DNA from: a virus
Lineage: Duplodnaviria; Caudoviricetes
IMG/VR virus record: IMGVR_UViG_3300030107_004154
Span: 1-60,773 of that record
Reading direction: 5' to 3' (one strand)
Length of the DNA: 60,773 nucleotides
The translations under genes were made by a program, and so were the position numbers. Below, in pieces: positions 60,639 through 60,773 of this stretch; the first letter of the stretch is position 1, and each line of letters opens with the position of its first letter. The notes below the pieces were generated by a model, which saw nothing but the letters and a program-made list of their open reading frames with translations, ran no database searches and was not told where the DNA came from.

Positions 60639-60773
60639 GTAAGAGCTTTATTCATTATTTCAGTGACTTGTTCTGGATCTAACTTCTCGGACAGGTTTGT
60701 AAACCCCCTGACGTCAGTGAACAGGAATGTACAAGTACGTTTCTCCCCTCCTAGCTTAAGTAAACTTGGGTCT
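60639..60773. repeat. Terminal direct repeat, right copy
   Basis: Matches 1..135 with one synonymous mismatch. Confidence 0.95.

Noticed and set aside
1-60773. Integrase, repressor cassette, DGR reverse transcriptase, IS elements, alternative genetic code
   Set aside because: None recognised; long standard-code ORFs tile both arms with normal stop usage

Overview
The window is an apparently complete, circularly assembled ~60.6 kb dsDNA tailed-phage genome. Positions 1..135 repeat at 60639..60773, and one gene runs through that junction. It is AT-rich and probably a marine phage of a proteobacterial host (inference from CsrA and CsgF/G). The minus strand (40370 down to 1, wrapping to 59943) carries late genes: terminase, portal, scaffold, N4-gp56-type major capsid, adaptors, large ejection proteins, tail/fibre genes and lysis genes. 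The plus strand (40658..59875) carries early and replication genes: MoxR ATPase/vWA pair, family-A DNA polymerase, CsrA, primase-helicase, Cas4-like nuclease, SNF2 helicase, SSB and resolvase. I recognised no integrase, RNA polymerase, tRNA or canonical CRISPR array. Three accessory systems stand out. (1) A Cas7/RAMP-like gene and a coupled partner gene are followed by a non-coding array of five units, each a GGCAGTYnn header plus (G)GY-NN pentamers. This is a candidate RNA-guided system with a non-contiguous code. (2) A collagen tail fibre with Y-position lysines lies next to a 2OG-Fe(II) oxygenase and a triple-fusion enzyme resembling COLGALT + LH3/PLOD GT + lysyl hydroxylase, i.e. an animal-like collagen modification pathway. 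(3) A CsgF-CsgG-curlin-like-FecR-CHASE2 adenylate cyclase operon may form a trans-envelope signalling module. Non-coding regions also contain a covarying hairpin repeated in front of three early units, an iteron-like GTGGAACCA array, and a multi-pseudoknot leader before the capsid gene. All assignments come from motif recognition by eye; no searches were run.
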